Shown piece by piece: positions 38,325 to 51,606 of a stretch of DNA of 64,000 nt. The notes under the pieces are model-generated. The model saw only the letters and a program-made list of their open reading frames with translations, did not search any database and was not told the DNA's origin. The stretch covers positions 53,723,397-53,787,396 of the forward strand of contig JARDVH010000121.1 in the NCBI GenBank assembly GCA_030324005.1, read 5' to 3'. This stretch comes from Negaprion brevirostris (Eukaryota). The number at the start of each line of letters is the position of its first letter. Position 1 is the stretch's first letter. The position numbers and the translations under genes are program-made.

Positions 38325-38790
38325 AGAGGGCTACAGAGGAGGTTCACCAGCATGTTGCTTGGGATGGAGTAACAGACCTATAAGGAAAGACTAGATTGGC
38401 TGGGATTGTTTTCTTTAGAGCAGAGAAGGCTGAGTGGGGAGCATGAGTGAGTTATATTAGATTATAAAGGGGATGGACAGGTTGAGTAGGGAACAGCTGT
38501 TCCCCTTGGTTGTGGTGTCAATCCCAAGGGGACATAGTTTTAGAGTGAGGGGCAGAAGATTCTGAGCGAAAAAAACATTTTTACTCAGAGAGTTTGGTGA
38601 GAGCTGGAATGCAGTGTCTGGGAAGGTAGTGGAGGTCGGAAACCTTACAAACTTTTAAAAATATTTGGATGGGCACTTGAAATAGCATAACATTTAAGAT
38701 ATGGGACAAGTGCAGAAAAATGGGAATAGCACATCATTAGCGGTAGTTATTGTCAGTGCGGACTTGATGGGATGAAGAGCTTTTTCAGTG
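38325..38790 (+). mobile_element. CR1 LINE 3' fragment
   Basis: QRRFTSML.GME...Y.ERL..LGLFSLEQRRL remnant, typical of the CR1 ORF2 C-terminus. Confidence 0.8.
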
Positions 38791-40989
38791 TTTTATTACT
38801 CAATAATTTTATGACCGTTTCCATTAGCTTGCAAAACACCCAGGAAATGCCTGGGCCTTCCCACATCACTTCTCTATTTCCTCCCCTTATNNNNNNNNNN
38901 NNNNNNNNNNNNNNNNNNNNNNNNNNNNNNNNNNNNNNNNNNNNNNNNNNNNNNNNNNNNNNNNNNNNNNNNNNNNNNNNNNNNNNNNNNNNNNNNNNNN
39001 NNNNNNNNNNNNNNNNNNNNNNNNNNNNNNNNNNNNNNNNNCCCCTACGAAGTTGAATGTTATTAGGCTCATCAAGTCACCAAAGTCAACTCACCAAAAG
39101 AGTATTCTATCTAAGGCCCACTCCACATTTGCCACAACCAATCCACCTAACTACTGACCTTACGCCCACTGCACTGCAGGTCATCTTTAAGGAGGAATCA
39201 TGAGATTCAGGTGCGCCCATTGACTTTACCCTGAGGGTAGCACTTTATTAAAAACTGTTTCACGCCAATGCAAATGTATTTGCAAGTACGAGCGTGAGAG
39301 TCGACACGTTGCAAACACACCACTGACTTTCATCTCTGCATCTCAACCTGACTTCAGGGAATTGAGATTTCTCATCCCATCTAATTAACTCATGTCATGT
39401 TTCTCGTTTGGTGGGCTCCATAAAAGTCCCTCCATAGTTATGATTGTTGCACATTTCCTGGAGTAAATATTGGAACACCTGGATATATAGACAGGCGAAT
39501 CTCTCCGTCTTGTCGGTGGACAGGAGTAAAATGTTTTTTTCTTGCTTGAGGTGACAAGACTTTAATAATGTGGCAGCCAATATGTGCAATAAGTTTAGAA
39601 ATCGCACCCACATTATGATAGTGCCAAGATAGTAAGATTGTCATGTTACTGCTTCAGGGAACATTTTACTGTTAACTCTTTTAGCTGAGTAAGAAAAAAG
39701 TTAGACGTCTCTACTGATTAATTGTTGGATTGTTAGGTTGACTTCATTGCGAGCAATTTTGTGCCTTGAATCAGCCAGTTGTGCAGTTAAGTCCCACTTG
39801 AGCACATCATCTGTGCTAAGGCTTCAGTATGATTGCCAGTGGAAGTGGGGAATTGTTGAAATTACTTTCTTCCTGGGCACCATTTGAATAAGAAAATGGG
39901 ATTCTTCTGGTGCGCTGCCCAAGATTCCTGCTTCCACCAATGCCATCAAGTTAATCATTCATCCCACTTGCTGGTTATCGTGTCTTGCTATGTGCAAAAT
40001 TGGTTGCTGATGTGTACTTCAAAAACAACTCACTGGATAGAAAGAGCTTTTCCACAGTGGATAAGAGAATAATTGGACACAGTGTAAAACAGACTGCCAG
40101 TTCACCATCCAGTTAATTCTGCACTCCAGCCATTGACCAATTTAATCACCCAACATGTCTCTACTGAAGCAGCAGAAGTTATTTCCACATTGATTGAAAT
40201 AATGGCCAGTATTTTACGTGCTCACCCCACCTCAAAACACACCAGTCGGGGTGGGGGGTGGGCGTGGCAGATGTGAGGGGGTTGCAGGGGAGCTTGCCCA
40301 AGTCCGTCTTTGCTCTAATTACTCTGCTGCCACTTGATGGCTACTTGCGGGCCTACCCACTCAGAATGAATTTTTAGATTAGCAGCTGAATGACAGATCA
40401 GGAGAGAAACAGAAAGGTGACCAAATCTACATCTGTGGCAGCGAGGTGAGGGGTGGTAGGAGGAGGTGGTGGCAACTCCATCAAAAGCCCCCTTCAGATT
40501 GTGGGTGCCCTTCCTTCAAGGCCCAGTGATCTCTNNNNNNNNNNNNNNNNNNNNNNNNNNNNNNNNNNNCTGGTACCCCCAGGTAGTCCCCTACCCTCCT
40601 CTCTTTTGTCTCCCTACACTTAGTCCCAGGCATGTTGCTGCAGTGCTGCTTCTGACCACTGCAAAGCTGTGCTTGGTGGGTGCTCGAGAGCTGCCAGCTG
40701 ATCAGATTATCTGGCAGCTCTTCAAGGCAGAGCTTTCACCCAAGAGAGAACAGAAGTCTCGCCTTTTGCTAATCAACCCTTATTAAGTGTGAAATGGCCT
40801 GATGGAGTTGGTGGTAATGACTGTGTTGGAGGCTGTTGGAGTCAGTGACTCTCCAGATGGCAGGGGGCTGAGTCTCCACCATCCTAAAAGTTCAGGCCAA
40901 TATCTCAATAATCGAACAAGATCTCATTCTCTCTGATATGGATCATATTGATAGGGAGCTGATTATTACCCATTTCTGTTTTTCTCCAG

Positions 40990-41114
40990 GCATGGCTTCT
41001 GGAACCAACTCACCATCTTCTATGTCGAACTCTGAAAATGCATCAACTATCAAAACTGAATCTGATCTGGCCTCATCTCCATATTCAGGTCAAACAGTGG
41101 TATCTGTTTCTCAG
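40990..41114 (+). CDS. gata5: GATA5 coding exon 5 (Ser-rich C-terminal region)
   Basis: Pyrimidine tract tttctgtttttctccag|GC; (G)MASGTNSPSSMSNSENASTIKTESDLASSPYSGQTVVSVSQ; donor CAG|GTAAAG. Phases 1/0 fit both neighbouring exons. Confidence 0.9.
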
Positions 41115-43185
41115 GTAAAGTAATGACACTTTAGTATTAAATTTAATTAAGCAAGTGGCCTCTGTAGAGAGATACGTTGACAGTATAGAAGTTGGAGTAA
41201 AATAAGTAATCACGGATTCCTTACACATAACTGAAAAGATCTTATTATCATTACTGAATTTTATTTCATTTATGGATTTAGTACAAATGAGAGCCAAATA
41301 TAGAAACTAGAAGTAGGAGTAGTCCATTTGGCCCTTCAAGCCTGTTCTGCCATTCATTTTGATCATGNNNNNNNNNNNNNNNNNNNNNNNNNNNNNNNNN
41401 NNNNNNNNNNNNNNNNNNNNNNNNNNNNNNNNNNNNNNNNNNNNNNNNNNNNNNNNNNNNNNNNNNNTCGCATTCCAACCATTATTTTGTAAATTGAGGG
41501 TGTGTCTTTACATGGCCTGTTTGTGAATAGAACTCCCACTCACCTGGCAAAGTGCCAGCACTCCAAAAGCTAATGGCTTTTGCTAGCAAAAAAAATCTGT
41601 TTGACTTTAATCTGGTGTTGTGAGACTTCTTACTGGATTTATGTGCAGGGAGATGAGATATGTTGCTGAGGCCCCAAAGTCCACAGTGCCCTGGATACCT
41701 TGCCATGGCCTGTGAGTTTTTTTCAACTGGTTCCCTCGCCAAAAACCAGTCTGATTGAAACTCTTAGCTCCCTGTTGAGTAGGAAATACTGTTTAAGGGG
41801 CTGCAGCCCAGAAGATGGCAAATCCTTTTCTGATAAATGGCAAGGGCACAGCATGATTTGAAAGGTGTGGGTAACATAAGCAGTTGGAGAGAGAACAGAG
41901 GACGAGATAGAGGAATCCAGGAAAGATTGAAGATAGTAATGAGAGATCGGGGAGGTGATGGAATCAAAATTGGGTTTCAGGAAGAAATTGGAAGCAAAGG
42001 AGATGAGGATTTGGGGCCAATATTGGGAATTGGGGAAAGATCACTGGCTGGGAAGGGTGCTGGGGAGAAATTGACATCAGAAATTGAGGGATCATGGAGA
42101 GATTGGAGGCAAAGGTGGGGAAACAGAGGGTGAGTCAGGCACCAGATGGAGAGATAAGAGGGATCAGAGATTGACTCAGAGATGTTGGGGTGTTGGTAAT
42201 CGTACAGGTGGAGGGTTGGAGATTATGGGGAAAGCTCGATGATCACAGAAGTTGTGAGGACGGGGGGGGGTTTGGATTATGAAGGTAGGGGTTTAGCTTG
42301 TTGGGCTGAGAAGATATACTCCTGCTTCTCCTGACAGTTGAGGTAAGTGCCATTCTATCAACTATTTCCTGGCATGTTAGCTACAATGCATTCCAGTGTT
42401 CCTGCTTTTCCTTGCTCTCCTTCACCATCTTTCAAATCATCCTTGCCTGGCCATTTGTCTTCCCATTACCATGCCTTCTCCATAATCTGCAGTTTGCCAT
42501 GTTATGCAGACGATAGCCTGTCACGTTGCAACCCACTTGGACATAGTTAGGGATCCCATTCCTCAGTGTCCCCATTCTCCTTCTCTTACTTACACCATTA
42601 AATCAGAACCTTTCAAGCCACATAACGCCAAAGCCACTTAAATTGGAAACATTTCTGTTTGAATACATAACTTGTGATATGATTCAGCGTTTATGGCATG
42701 TTAATAACAATCAGTGATAAATAGGAAATTATAGATTTTTTTGGCCTGTCTTATTAATTATGATTTGCAAGAGGATGGAAATGCACCTATAATACACCTC
42801 ACATTGTTGCCATACTGACAGTCAGTGGTTCCCAGACACAAAACAACCACAGTGGATTTCAGTATCTCTGGCATACTCCTACACTCGTGTATTTGTCTGA
42901 CCTTGTTTAATTATTAACTGAAGAATATCCTGATGCTGCAATCCTGCACTTCACTGTGCAGAATATGAGAGCGCAGCACAGATCTTTACAAGGGAAAGAA
43001 AATTGAAAAGTGCAAATACAATTGGAAGAACAATGATTAAAATTTAAAAAATCATTATCCTTCAGGTGAGTATTCAATCCTTTCTTTCTCCAATTTAAAT
43101 AAACAACCCGATGAAAGGATTTGAAATGAACTTTACATGAGATCAAAATATAAGCCTATTCATTTGAATTTGACACAGAGATTAT

Positions 43186-43335
43186 CACAGTGGCCTCACA
43201 GCGCCAGGGACCTGGGTTCAATTCCGACCTCAACTCATTGTTTGTGTGGAGCTTTGCACATTCTCCCTGTGTCTTTGCGGGTTTGCTCAGGGTGCTCCAG
43301 TTTCCTCCCAGAGCCCAAAGATGTGCATGCGGGGT
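43186..43335 (+). mobile_element. HE1-like SINE fragment
   Basis: cctcacagcgccagggacctgggttcaattcc...ggtgctccagtttcctccca. Confidence 0.8.
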
Positions 43336-43344
43336 CAAGTTGAT

Positions 43345-43772
43345 CCTCTATAGCAAGGACATCCTTTCTCAGATAAGGACATCAAAACTGCAAACTGCAC
43401 TTGTACATTGATTCCTTTAGCCCCAAGAACTATATCTAATTTCTTCTTGAAATCAAGTATCTTCTGTGGCCATGAATTCTACAGACCTACCATTCTCTGG
43501 ATGTATAAATTTGTCTTCATCTCAGCCCTAAAATGTCTACCTGTTATCCTAAAACTCTCTAGTTCTGGATTCCCCCACTATCGGGAACATTCTTTTTTAA
43601 CCTATCCTGTATAATCCTATTAGAATTTTGTATGTTTCTACAAGATCTCACTCTTCTAAACTCCGGTGAATATAACCCTAACAATTTAATCTCTCCTCAT
43701 GTAATAGACCTGCCATCCCAGGAATCAGCCTGGTAAACCTTCACTGTACTCCCTCTGTAGCAAGGACATCCT
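43345..43772 (-). mobile_element. CR1 LINE 3' fragments
   Basis: Colinear with the CR1 at 53970-54615. Confidence 0.75.
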
Positions 43773-43936
43773 TGAAAACATGATCACAGAAAAACACTTT
43801 AATAATGATATAACAAGCAGAACTTACATTTCAAAATACAAAGAACACAACTTGGTTGGATGGGGATGAGAGCACATTTTGTAAATTGTTTCTTATATCA
43901 CTACTGGAACATGTTTAATGATTCTTACTTCTGTAG

Positions 43937-44101
43937 GCTCCTCCCACAGCTATGATAAGCCGAGAAGACTTGAACCGTGGTCCTTCACAGCTGAAATATG
44001 TACCTGAAGATTATTCTTATACCTCAACCTCTGCGATCCCACAGACTGGAGTTAATGTTCCACTCAGACAAGACTCTTGGTGTGCCTTGGCACTGGCATA
44101 A
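43937..44101 (+). CDS. gata5: GATA5 last coding exon
   Basis: Acceptor cttctgtag|GCT; APPTAMISREDLNRGPSQLKYVPEDYSYTSTSAIPQTGVNVPLRQDSWCALALA-TAA. The terminal WCALALA motif is shared by GATA5/GATA6. Confidence 0.96.
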   Translation, partial: APPTAMISREDLNRGPSQLKYVPEDYSYTSTSAIPQTGVNVPLRQDSWCALALA

Positions 44102-45735
44102 ATTGTGGTCTTACAATTATTGGTCCATCTTTTCTACCTTTATCACTGAGTGGACTACCCAGTTACCCAAAGGAGTTGAAAGAAGCAACTTGAACCCACA
44201 TAATTGTATTGCGTATTTCTAATTGGTGAAATGCCACAAAAACTTTTGTTATCCAATCATCCCAGCAAAAAAAATCTCTTGATTCCGGATTCAGGTACAA
44301 GCTTTATTTGTGAATCAGTAAATTTCAACATCCCTGGCAACAAGCGATCAAGTGAAATATATGCTCTTCATCTCAAACGTGAAGGAAATCATAACCGTTT
44401 TAAAGTGACTTCTTGTGAACTATTCGTGAGTGCAATTAATTTCATTAGATCAGCAGTAATGACTGATCTTGTAAGGCTGAATAACTTAATAATTTAAAGG
44501 GAAAGTGTGAGCAGAAATTATTGTATGTTATGTTGAAATATTAGTTCTTTTGATGGACAGATATTTCACTTTTGCTTTGGAGTATTTTAATGTTATGCTG
44601 TACTAAGAAAGTAGCCTGTTCCTTTTTTTGTTATAGAACTTTTAAAATATTTTGCCTTTTTGAAAACAGATGAATTGATTCATCTATAATCTATAAATAT
44701 ATATTAAAAAAATCAAGGCTTCCAATCTCTACGCAAGAATATACATAGATGGTTAATGAGAAGAAAGGATCAAACAGCATTTGACATGTATATTACACTG
44801 TAGAAAGGTTATTTTAACAATGCTAATGTTTTGCATATCCAAAATAATACACATGAGCTGTAATTGCCTCTGAGATGCTGATGTAAAATATGTTGTGAAT
44901 AAAAATGTAATTTTGATGCAGTCTTTAGCAATTATTCTCTAAGAGCTAAGCTATAAAGCAAACTAGATGACCAGGTGTTTTTTATCGATTCACAAACCTT
45001 TTAAGTTGAGTTGCAATGGTGAACTCACTCTGTAAACGGTAGACAATAATCTCGATTTGTACACAAGATACCTCAAAAGAAATTAAGATAGTTACTATCC
45101 ATTCTTGATCATTTGCATTAAAAATAACTTAATTATGTGATTCTTCCTTCACACCTAATAGTTTATTCTGAATATTTATTTAGCCAATTGAAAATCGCAG
45201 AAACCAAAGTTGCCATGGTAAATTAACGGTGAATATTACAGAATCGGTTGCTATAACTGGTGGAGTTGATTCCCCAGCAATGTGTCGGAGATACTGAACT
45301 GTGGTTACCAACTTACAATAACATGATGACTTAGTACTGAGTTAAAATATGTGTTCTCTTGGATTACCGGTGATGAATGATATGACAAATGTATTTTTTT
45401 AATTACACAAAATATGGTGCCTAATTGCGTCCATAATTCAACCATATAATAAACTAACTACAAAGATCTGAAGAGAGATGATTAGTTTTAGAAAATGCAT
45501 TAACTGATGAAGTGATTTGAACATCACAATATGACTCCTGTACTGATTTTCAAGTTACTGACTGTATCGCACGTTTTTATACATCTTATCTAAGTAGAGT
45601 ATTGTGCACATTTCAAAAGTCTAATTAGTTTATGATTAATATGGACAAGGAAATTATTACTTTCAGTACTTTTGCTGTCAAATGTTTCACCCTTGTAAGG
45701 CTGACAATAAATACAGATCTTTTACTGAACTCCGC
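44102..45735 (+). other. gata5: gata5 3' UTR (end approximate)
   Basis: AT-rich, repeat-free stretch after the stop. AATAAA at 44898-44903 and 45706-45711, the latter followed by T/GT-rich sequence; further AATAAA near 45964-45985. Confidence 0.6.
45706..45711 (+). terminator. Probable polyadenylation signal of gata5
   Basis: AATAAA followed by ctttttactg...gggtgttatatttgg, resembling a downstream U/GU-rich element. Confidence 0.5.
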
Positions 45736-46583
45736 TGGGTGTTATATTTGGAACAATTATTTTTACGTTGACATGTTTTGCATATTTTTTTCTAGAGACA
45801 AATGCATTTTAAAATTAAAGGTCAACTCATTTTCCTCATTATTCAATATCTCTGTAACTCTAAGTAAATTAACACGACTTTAATTTTTAGACAATTTACA
45901 AAAACCAAACTCACTTAAGCTAATCAGGCGATCAGTGTAACTTGTGCTCAGAATAGAAATATCAATAAAATGCATTGCAAAATAAAAAGACTCCACCCAG
46001 AAACTTGTGGGTCTGCTTCTGGGCCTGGCCACGGTGCTCATCCCTTGATTTAGATTGGAAGCAATGCACAGAGGTGCTTGCTCTGGTTTACTGCCTCTCT
46101 TCGAAGGTCTTACCTTCACCCCAATTGTCCATGGAGTGGGCGCACACCAGTAGAATGAGACCGTCCATGACCAAGGGTGCTGCAGGGGCTGAAGTACACG
46201 GTCAGTACAAGAAAAATGTCATTTATTTCCTTTAGTAGGATTGGATTTTATTTGCTGTAAGGGGAAGATTTCTTAGATTTCCTTGGGATGATAACACTGG
46301 AATGAACCCAGTCAACTGGATTTAACTGCTGTTAGCTGATGTATTTGAAGGTGGGGTAGTTCATTAGATGAAGCGGCTGGCCTTTGCCCCACCTTCCCAC
46401 CCAACTCCAACCTCTATCTCATATTCTTGTGGGTGGGGCAGATTTCAGGCCACCCACCCACTNNNNNNNNNNNNNNNNNNNNNNNNNNNNNNNNNNNNNN
46501 NNNNNNNNNNNNNNNNNNNNNNNNNNNNNNNNNNNNNNNNNNNNNNNNNNNNNNNNNNNNNNNNNNNNNNNNNNNNNNNNNNN

Positions 46584-46661
46584 GGCGACTAGGGGATTTT
46601 CACAGTAACTTCATTGCAGTGTTAATGTAAGCCTACTTGTAACACTAATAAATAAACTTTA
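46584..46661 (+). mobile_element. SINE tail type B next to a gap
   Basis: ggcgactaggggattttcacagtaacttcattgcagtgttaatgtaagcctacttgt...aataaataaac. Confidence 0.8.
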
Positions 46662-48963
46662 AGCTGAAATTCACATTCTATTTGCCTTCTGAGGCAGTCC
46701 CTTGAGATTGAGGGTAACTTGTTTCTGTTACAGTTTGATGGGCTCTGAGGTGGCTGATGTGCGATCTATTATCTGTGGAGCTCATGGTGCATGAAAGAGC
46801 TGGGTAATCTCTGTATACTCCATCTGAGCAACATATTGTGCTATTCCTTCTTTATTAGATTAATATTAATTAGCATTAATTATTATTAATGAGGCAGAGA
46901 ACTGATAAGTATTTACAGTTGAGAGGTCATTGAGTTTTCTAACCTACCTGGAACCCAGGTCATTGGATTCACTGTAATATTTTCCCAATTTTCAGTCTGA
47001 CTACTCCTAACTAAATTATATTTTGCTGATCATCTTTCTTGCTTAGATTCTGAGTGGATGGGACAGTTCATGGAGGAAATGTAAATTTATTGTTGGGCGA
47101 GAAGAGACCGAAAGTCTTAGACAAATTCCAAGGCAAGCAATTCATAAATTCCAACTCAACAATTTCTTATTCATGTCAGAAGATCCCACAATCATGTATT
47201 ACCCAGCAATTTGGCAACAGTCCAGAGAGAAGTCCCATCAAATCTTTTCTAAGTATAACTATTATTCACCAAATCTTCCTTTATTCACATTTGATAAGGC
47301 ATCAACAATGATTAGCCTTTCTTAAATTCATTTTGCCTCTTTATCAAAATGAGTTGTTACAAGTGTCTGCAGAATGCATCTCTCACCATTGCCTCCTAGA
47401 TTCCCAATAGCCAAAGTTAAACTGGCTGGTGGTTTCTACACTGGATTGCTGCCTTTTCTTCAAATAGCAAGGATGCAATAACTAATTACCAAACAACTTG
47501 AGCCATTCTTGTGTTGAAAAGATTTGTGAAACCCTTTCATTTTTTAATCTCTACATTCTTTAGACTTCTCCAGTTACCAGATGAGACTCTGATATTTGTG
47601 CACACTTTCTTCTAATTTGAATGAATTTGATTTGATTTATTATTGTCACACGTACTGGGATACAGTGAGATGTATTGTTTCTTGCCCGCTATACAGGTAC
47701 AACATAGAGTACATAGGGGAAAAGGAAAAGGATGGAATATAGTGTTGCAGCTACAGGTAGAGTGAAGAGAAAGATCAGCTTAATATGTGATAGGACCATT
47801 CAAATGTCCTAAGTAGGGAAAGCAGGGGAGAAGCTGTTATTGAGTCTGTTGGTACATGCTTTCAGACTTTTTCATTCCCGAGGCAGCAGGAAGTGCAGAT
47901 GGAGTCAATGAATGGGAGGCTGTTTGACATGATGGATTGGGCTACGTTCACAACCCATTGTAGCTTTTTATGGTCTTGGTTAGAGCAGGAGCCATAGTAA
48001 GCTGTGATACGTCCGGAAAGGACGCTTACTGAACAAAGACGTTGTACTTGTCACTTCAGCTTCTATTATTGACCCGAAGGAGGCTTGGCTACGGTTAACA
48101 GAGGCAGTGAGAAACAACAACGACAGCAACTTATTTTCCATGACCAGAATTCTCCAGCTCTTCATGCTGATAGAATCTTCTGGTCCAGTCAATGGCGTAC
48201 CCCTGGCACGGGTTCCCCAGTGGCATGAGGCTCAGCCAATGGGAAAACCCTCTGGCATTGGCAGGAGCAGAAGATCTGCCCTTCATTCTACACCCACCCT
48301 CCCTGATTGGTTGGGGAGATGAGAGACAGGATGATAAAGCTATGCTTCTGGCAAAGAGCCATGGCAAAGTTCAGCAATTAGGAAATTGGTTCCCCAGTCA
48401 GCATTCCAAAAAGGGTGGAAATCCAGAAAACTCTATGTCACCTGGATTGTAAATGATGAATAGGGATGGTGGAGAGTTATTCAGGTGCAAGGATGTGGTG
48501 ATGAGGGAAAGAAGCTGAATGAATTTGAACATACGTTTATGAAATGTATTCTAAGTAAGGTCTCAAATTTCCCTGGGGCCTGGAGCGCATTTGCATGTAA
48601 ATCAAATAGTGCAGTGGTGGAGTAAAAAAGTCTGTCTGGCTCTGGAAATCTCAGTCTCCACTTGGAAAAGAATTGGAAGCCAGTTCCAGAATTTTCACAG
48701 CTTCCACCACTTCTGCATGAAAACATAAGGACATAAGAACTAGAAGCAGGAATAGGCCATCTGGCCCTGCAAGCCTGCTCTTCCATTCAATAAAATCATG
48801 GTTGACCTTTTCATGGACTCAGCTTCACTTACCCACCCATTCACCATAACCCTTAATTCCTTTACTCTTCAAAAATTTATCCATCTTTGCCTCAAAAACA
48901 TTCAATGAGGTAAAGGAAAAAATTGATATCCAGGTTACTGGAGGGGTAGAAATCAGGCTAACT

Positions 48964-49140
48964 GGTGGCCAAGTCTTGTGGTGCAGTGGGTAACATCCCT
49001 GTCTCTAAACCAGAAGCTCCATTTTCGAGCCCCACCTCAGGGCTTGATGGGCAAGGAAGGAGCATTCATAACACGATCAAACAGGTTGAGTATAAACCTG
49101 CAAATCCTTCCAGCACACCAATGGCTGGTGGTAAAAGGGG
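48964..49140 (+). mobile_element. Possible third tRNA-derived SINE head
   Basis: A-box-like tggtgcagtggg and B-box-like ttcgagccc at tRNA-like spacing; family not recognised. Confidence 0.4.
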
Positions 49141-49344
49141 GAAAGATTCTTGGTCAGCCACACTTGTTTGTGGGTTCCCACAAGTTTTAAGCCTCTGGCG
49201 ACAGATTAGCAACTTCTTCCAGGAATAACTAGCTGTGGAAATAGATGAAAGCCTGCCTTGGTGCACCACTAGATGCGGGAAGAGAATTGGAATTACTGGA
49301 GGCCAAGAGCATGGCCTCAAGAGTTTGGAATTGGTACCATGGAT

Positions 49345-49533
49345 TCATAGAATCCTGACAGTGCAGAAGGAAGCCTTTCGGTCCATCAAGTCTACACCAA
49401 CTCTCTGACAGAGAATCCTACCCAGACTTACAATCATCCCCATATCCCCACTCATTTACCATGGCTAATCCGCCTAATTTACATAACTTGGGACATTAAG
49501 GGCAGGGGTAATTTAGGATGGCCAATCCATCTA
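49345..49533 (-). mobile_element. 5'-truncated HE1-like SINE, tail type A
   Basis: catagaatcc.gacagtgcagaagg tail and atggccaatccatcta body end. Confidence 0.75.
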
Positions 49534-50300
49534 CCCCCAGGAGTTGCAAATTTTTCATTTCCTCTTATACTAAGGAAAACAGAGACGTTACAAGCAAAGC
49601 TACATGTTTAGCAGATCGTGTGCCCTACTCACTAACAAGATGGACACGCAGTCATCCAAAATCATACTTCACATTTGTAACAAACTGACAATCTGACACA
49701 TGGACAGTGACACGTGAAGGACATACGAGACATGAAAAACAAGAAAATATCCCATGGTACTGACTTTTTTAAAATCAGAGACTGTATTGCTTTATAAGAA
49801 AGGAAAATCACATTGTAAAAATCATCAGCTGTAGTTGCCTGTCCCTTTAAGACGAGATGTAATTGCTCGGTACTCTTGAAATTAATCGTAGGTTCATTTA
49901 GAGTTCAGGGTGCAGATGAGAGCGCTCAGCTTGTTTGAATGGCAGATCAAGTAGGAATTTATAATATTATGGAAATAGTCTCTCAGTGGAGACTGAATTG
50001 AGGTTATTTTGCCTCTTAAAAAGAGAGTTGTGCAAGAAAAAAGAAAGAATAAGCATACATTTACGCTATTCCTGTAACCTGATACCAGAACTTGTGTGAA
50101 GTGTTGAAGGATGGAGACTGATTCTCGCTTCCTTTAGAGTTAAGTTAGGCATACCCACGAAATCCACACCTCATTACCTATGGCTGTGAATGTAAAATAA
50201 AATGCCCCAGTGGATAAGGATTAATGCTTTAAAAATTAGGCTTTCTGCATTCCTACTTAACTTTGAGATGTTTCGTTATCTATTGATTTTAATTTTAACA

Positions 50301-50424
50301 GGCGGAATTTTCCAGCCTCACCTGCCCAAAAACCGGAAAATCCGACCCGAAGTCAGCGGACGTTTCCATTGTCTGCCCCTTGCCCATTCCAATTCCCGTG
50401 GTGGGCTGGATGGTAAAATTCACT
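50301..50424. mobile_element. MITE-like short element
   Basis: ggcggaattttccagc...ggtaaaattcactc; same family as 35083-35208. Confidence 0.7.
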
Positions 50425-50708
50425 CCAGCATCTTCATGACCTACTCTGAAAGTTAAAACAAGTGAGAGCAAGGGGAACCAATATTGGAAGTCAAACATGT
50501 GAAAGGAAGTAGCCTATCATAGAGATAAAACAATCATTATGGTCAATTTTTGAACTCATAACTGATGGCACACATTGCACATGTCTGAACCAGGGGGCTG
50601 GAGCTGGTCACCAGTTGGATCTCAGGTCTCATTATCATAATCAGGTTGTGAATTTTGACATATGGTGGTAGTTTGCTTGTCTACTTGCCTCAAATTTTAG
50701 ACCACAGC

Positions 50709-51606
50709 TGTTACAATCCCCACAGAGACTCACAACTTTAAGTGAGGGAGATTTGAATTCTCAGTGTTAACCATAAAGCAATTGCACACCAAGATTTCAA
50801 TTTTAAGATTTTACTGTAACAAACTAAGAAAAATTAACATCGACTAAACACTACCTAGTCAACAATGAATATTCTAAACAACAAAAATGTTAACTCTTAT
50901 TAATGTTTTAACAGGACTGGTAACCCCATGCTGGATACTTATCTATTACACTAAATTATGTACATTACAATATACATTACAACACGCGCTTTACAGAATG
51001 AATGACTTTGTAGGAAACAGCCACTCCCAACTTCCAACAGGTTCATTTCTACCCCATTTTACCAATGGTAACACTGAGTGACTGTCAAAAGGTACTTCCC
51101 TCGGTAATCAGAGAGGTTCCAAACTGACGACCAGCAGTGAGTTCTTGTCTGGTGATTTCTGATGATTTATCCTCTTGGCTTCACTATGGCGAGTTTTCAA
51201 AGCTCTTTGGAGAGCTAAGGGATGTGTCTCTTCTGCCACAGGCTGCCCTTCCTCCTTCATTCTGTCCTGATAGCTTGCAAAGAACTGGTAGCTTTGTCTC
51301 ACCACACTAGCTGCAACCTTTGTGACACCTCTTCCTCTCTCTCCTTTTTGGTCCAGAAACTGAAAGTCTATCCATAGCCAACACAGCTGTTCTTGCCTTT
51401 GTTTTCTGGTGTGAACCTTTCACACCTTGCTCCCACTAAATCTCAGTTAACCTAAGCCTGCCTCCCCATATAGCAATCAAATACCTAGGTTTGTTGTCAG
51501 ACAGAATTCAAAGCAAATCACATGATCCTCTTAACTTATCCAATTTTCCTTGAATTAAAGAGATGGTCTGAAAATAATCAGCTTATAAAACTTTATATTT
51601 CTAACA
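50709..51606. mobile_element. Possible solo LTR
   Basis: About 0.9 kb bounded by TGTTA...TAACA inverted ends (TG..CA rule). No matching target-site duplication seen. Confidence 0.3.
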
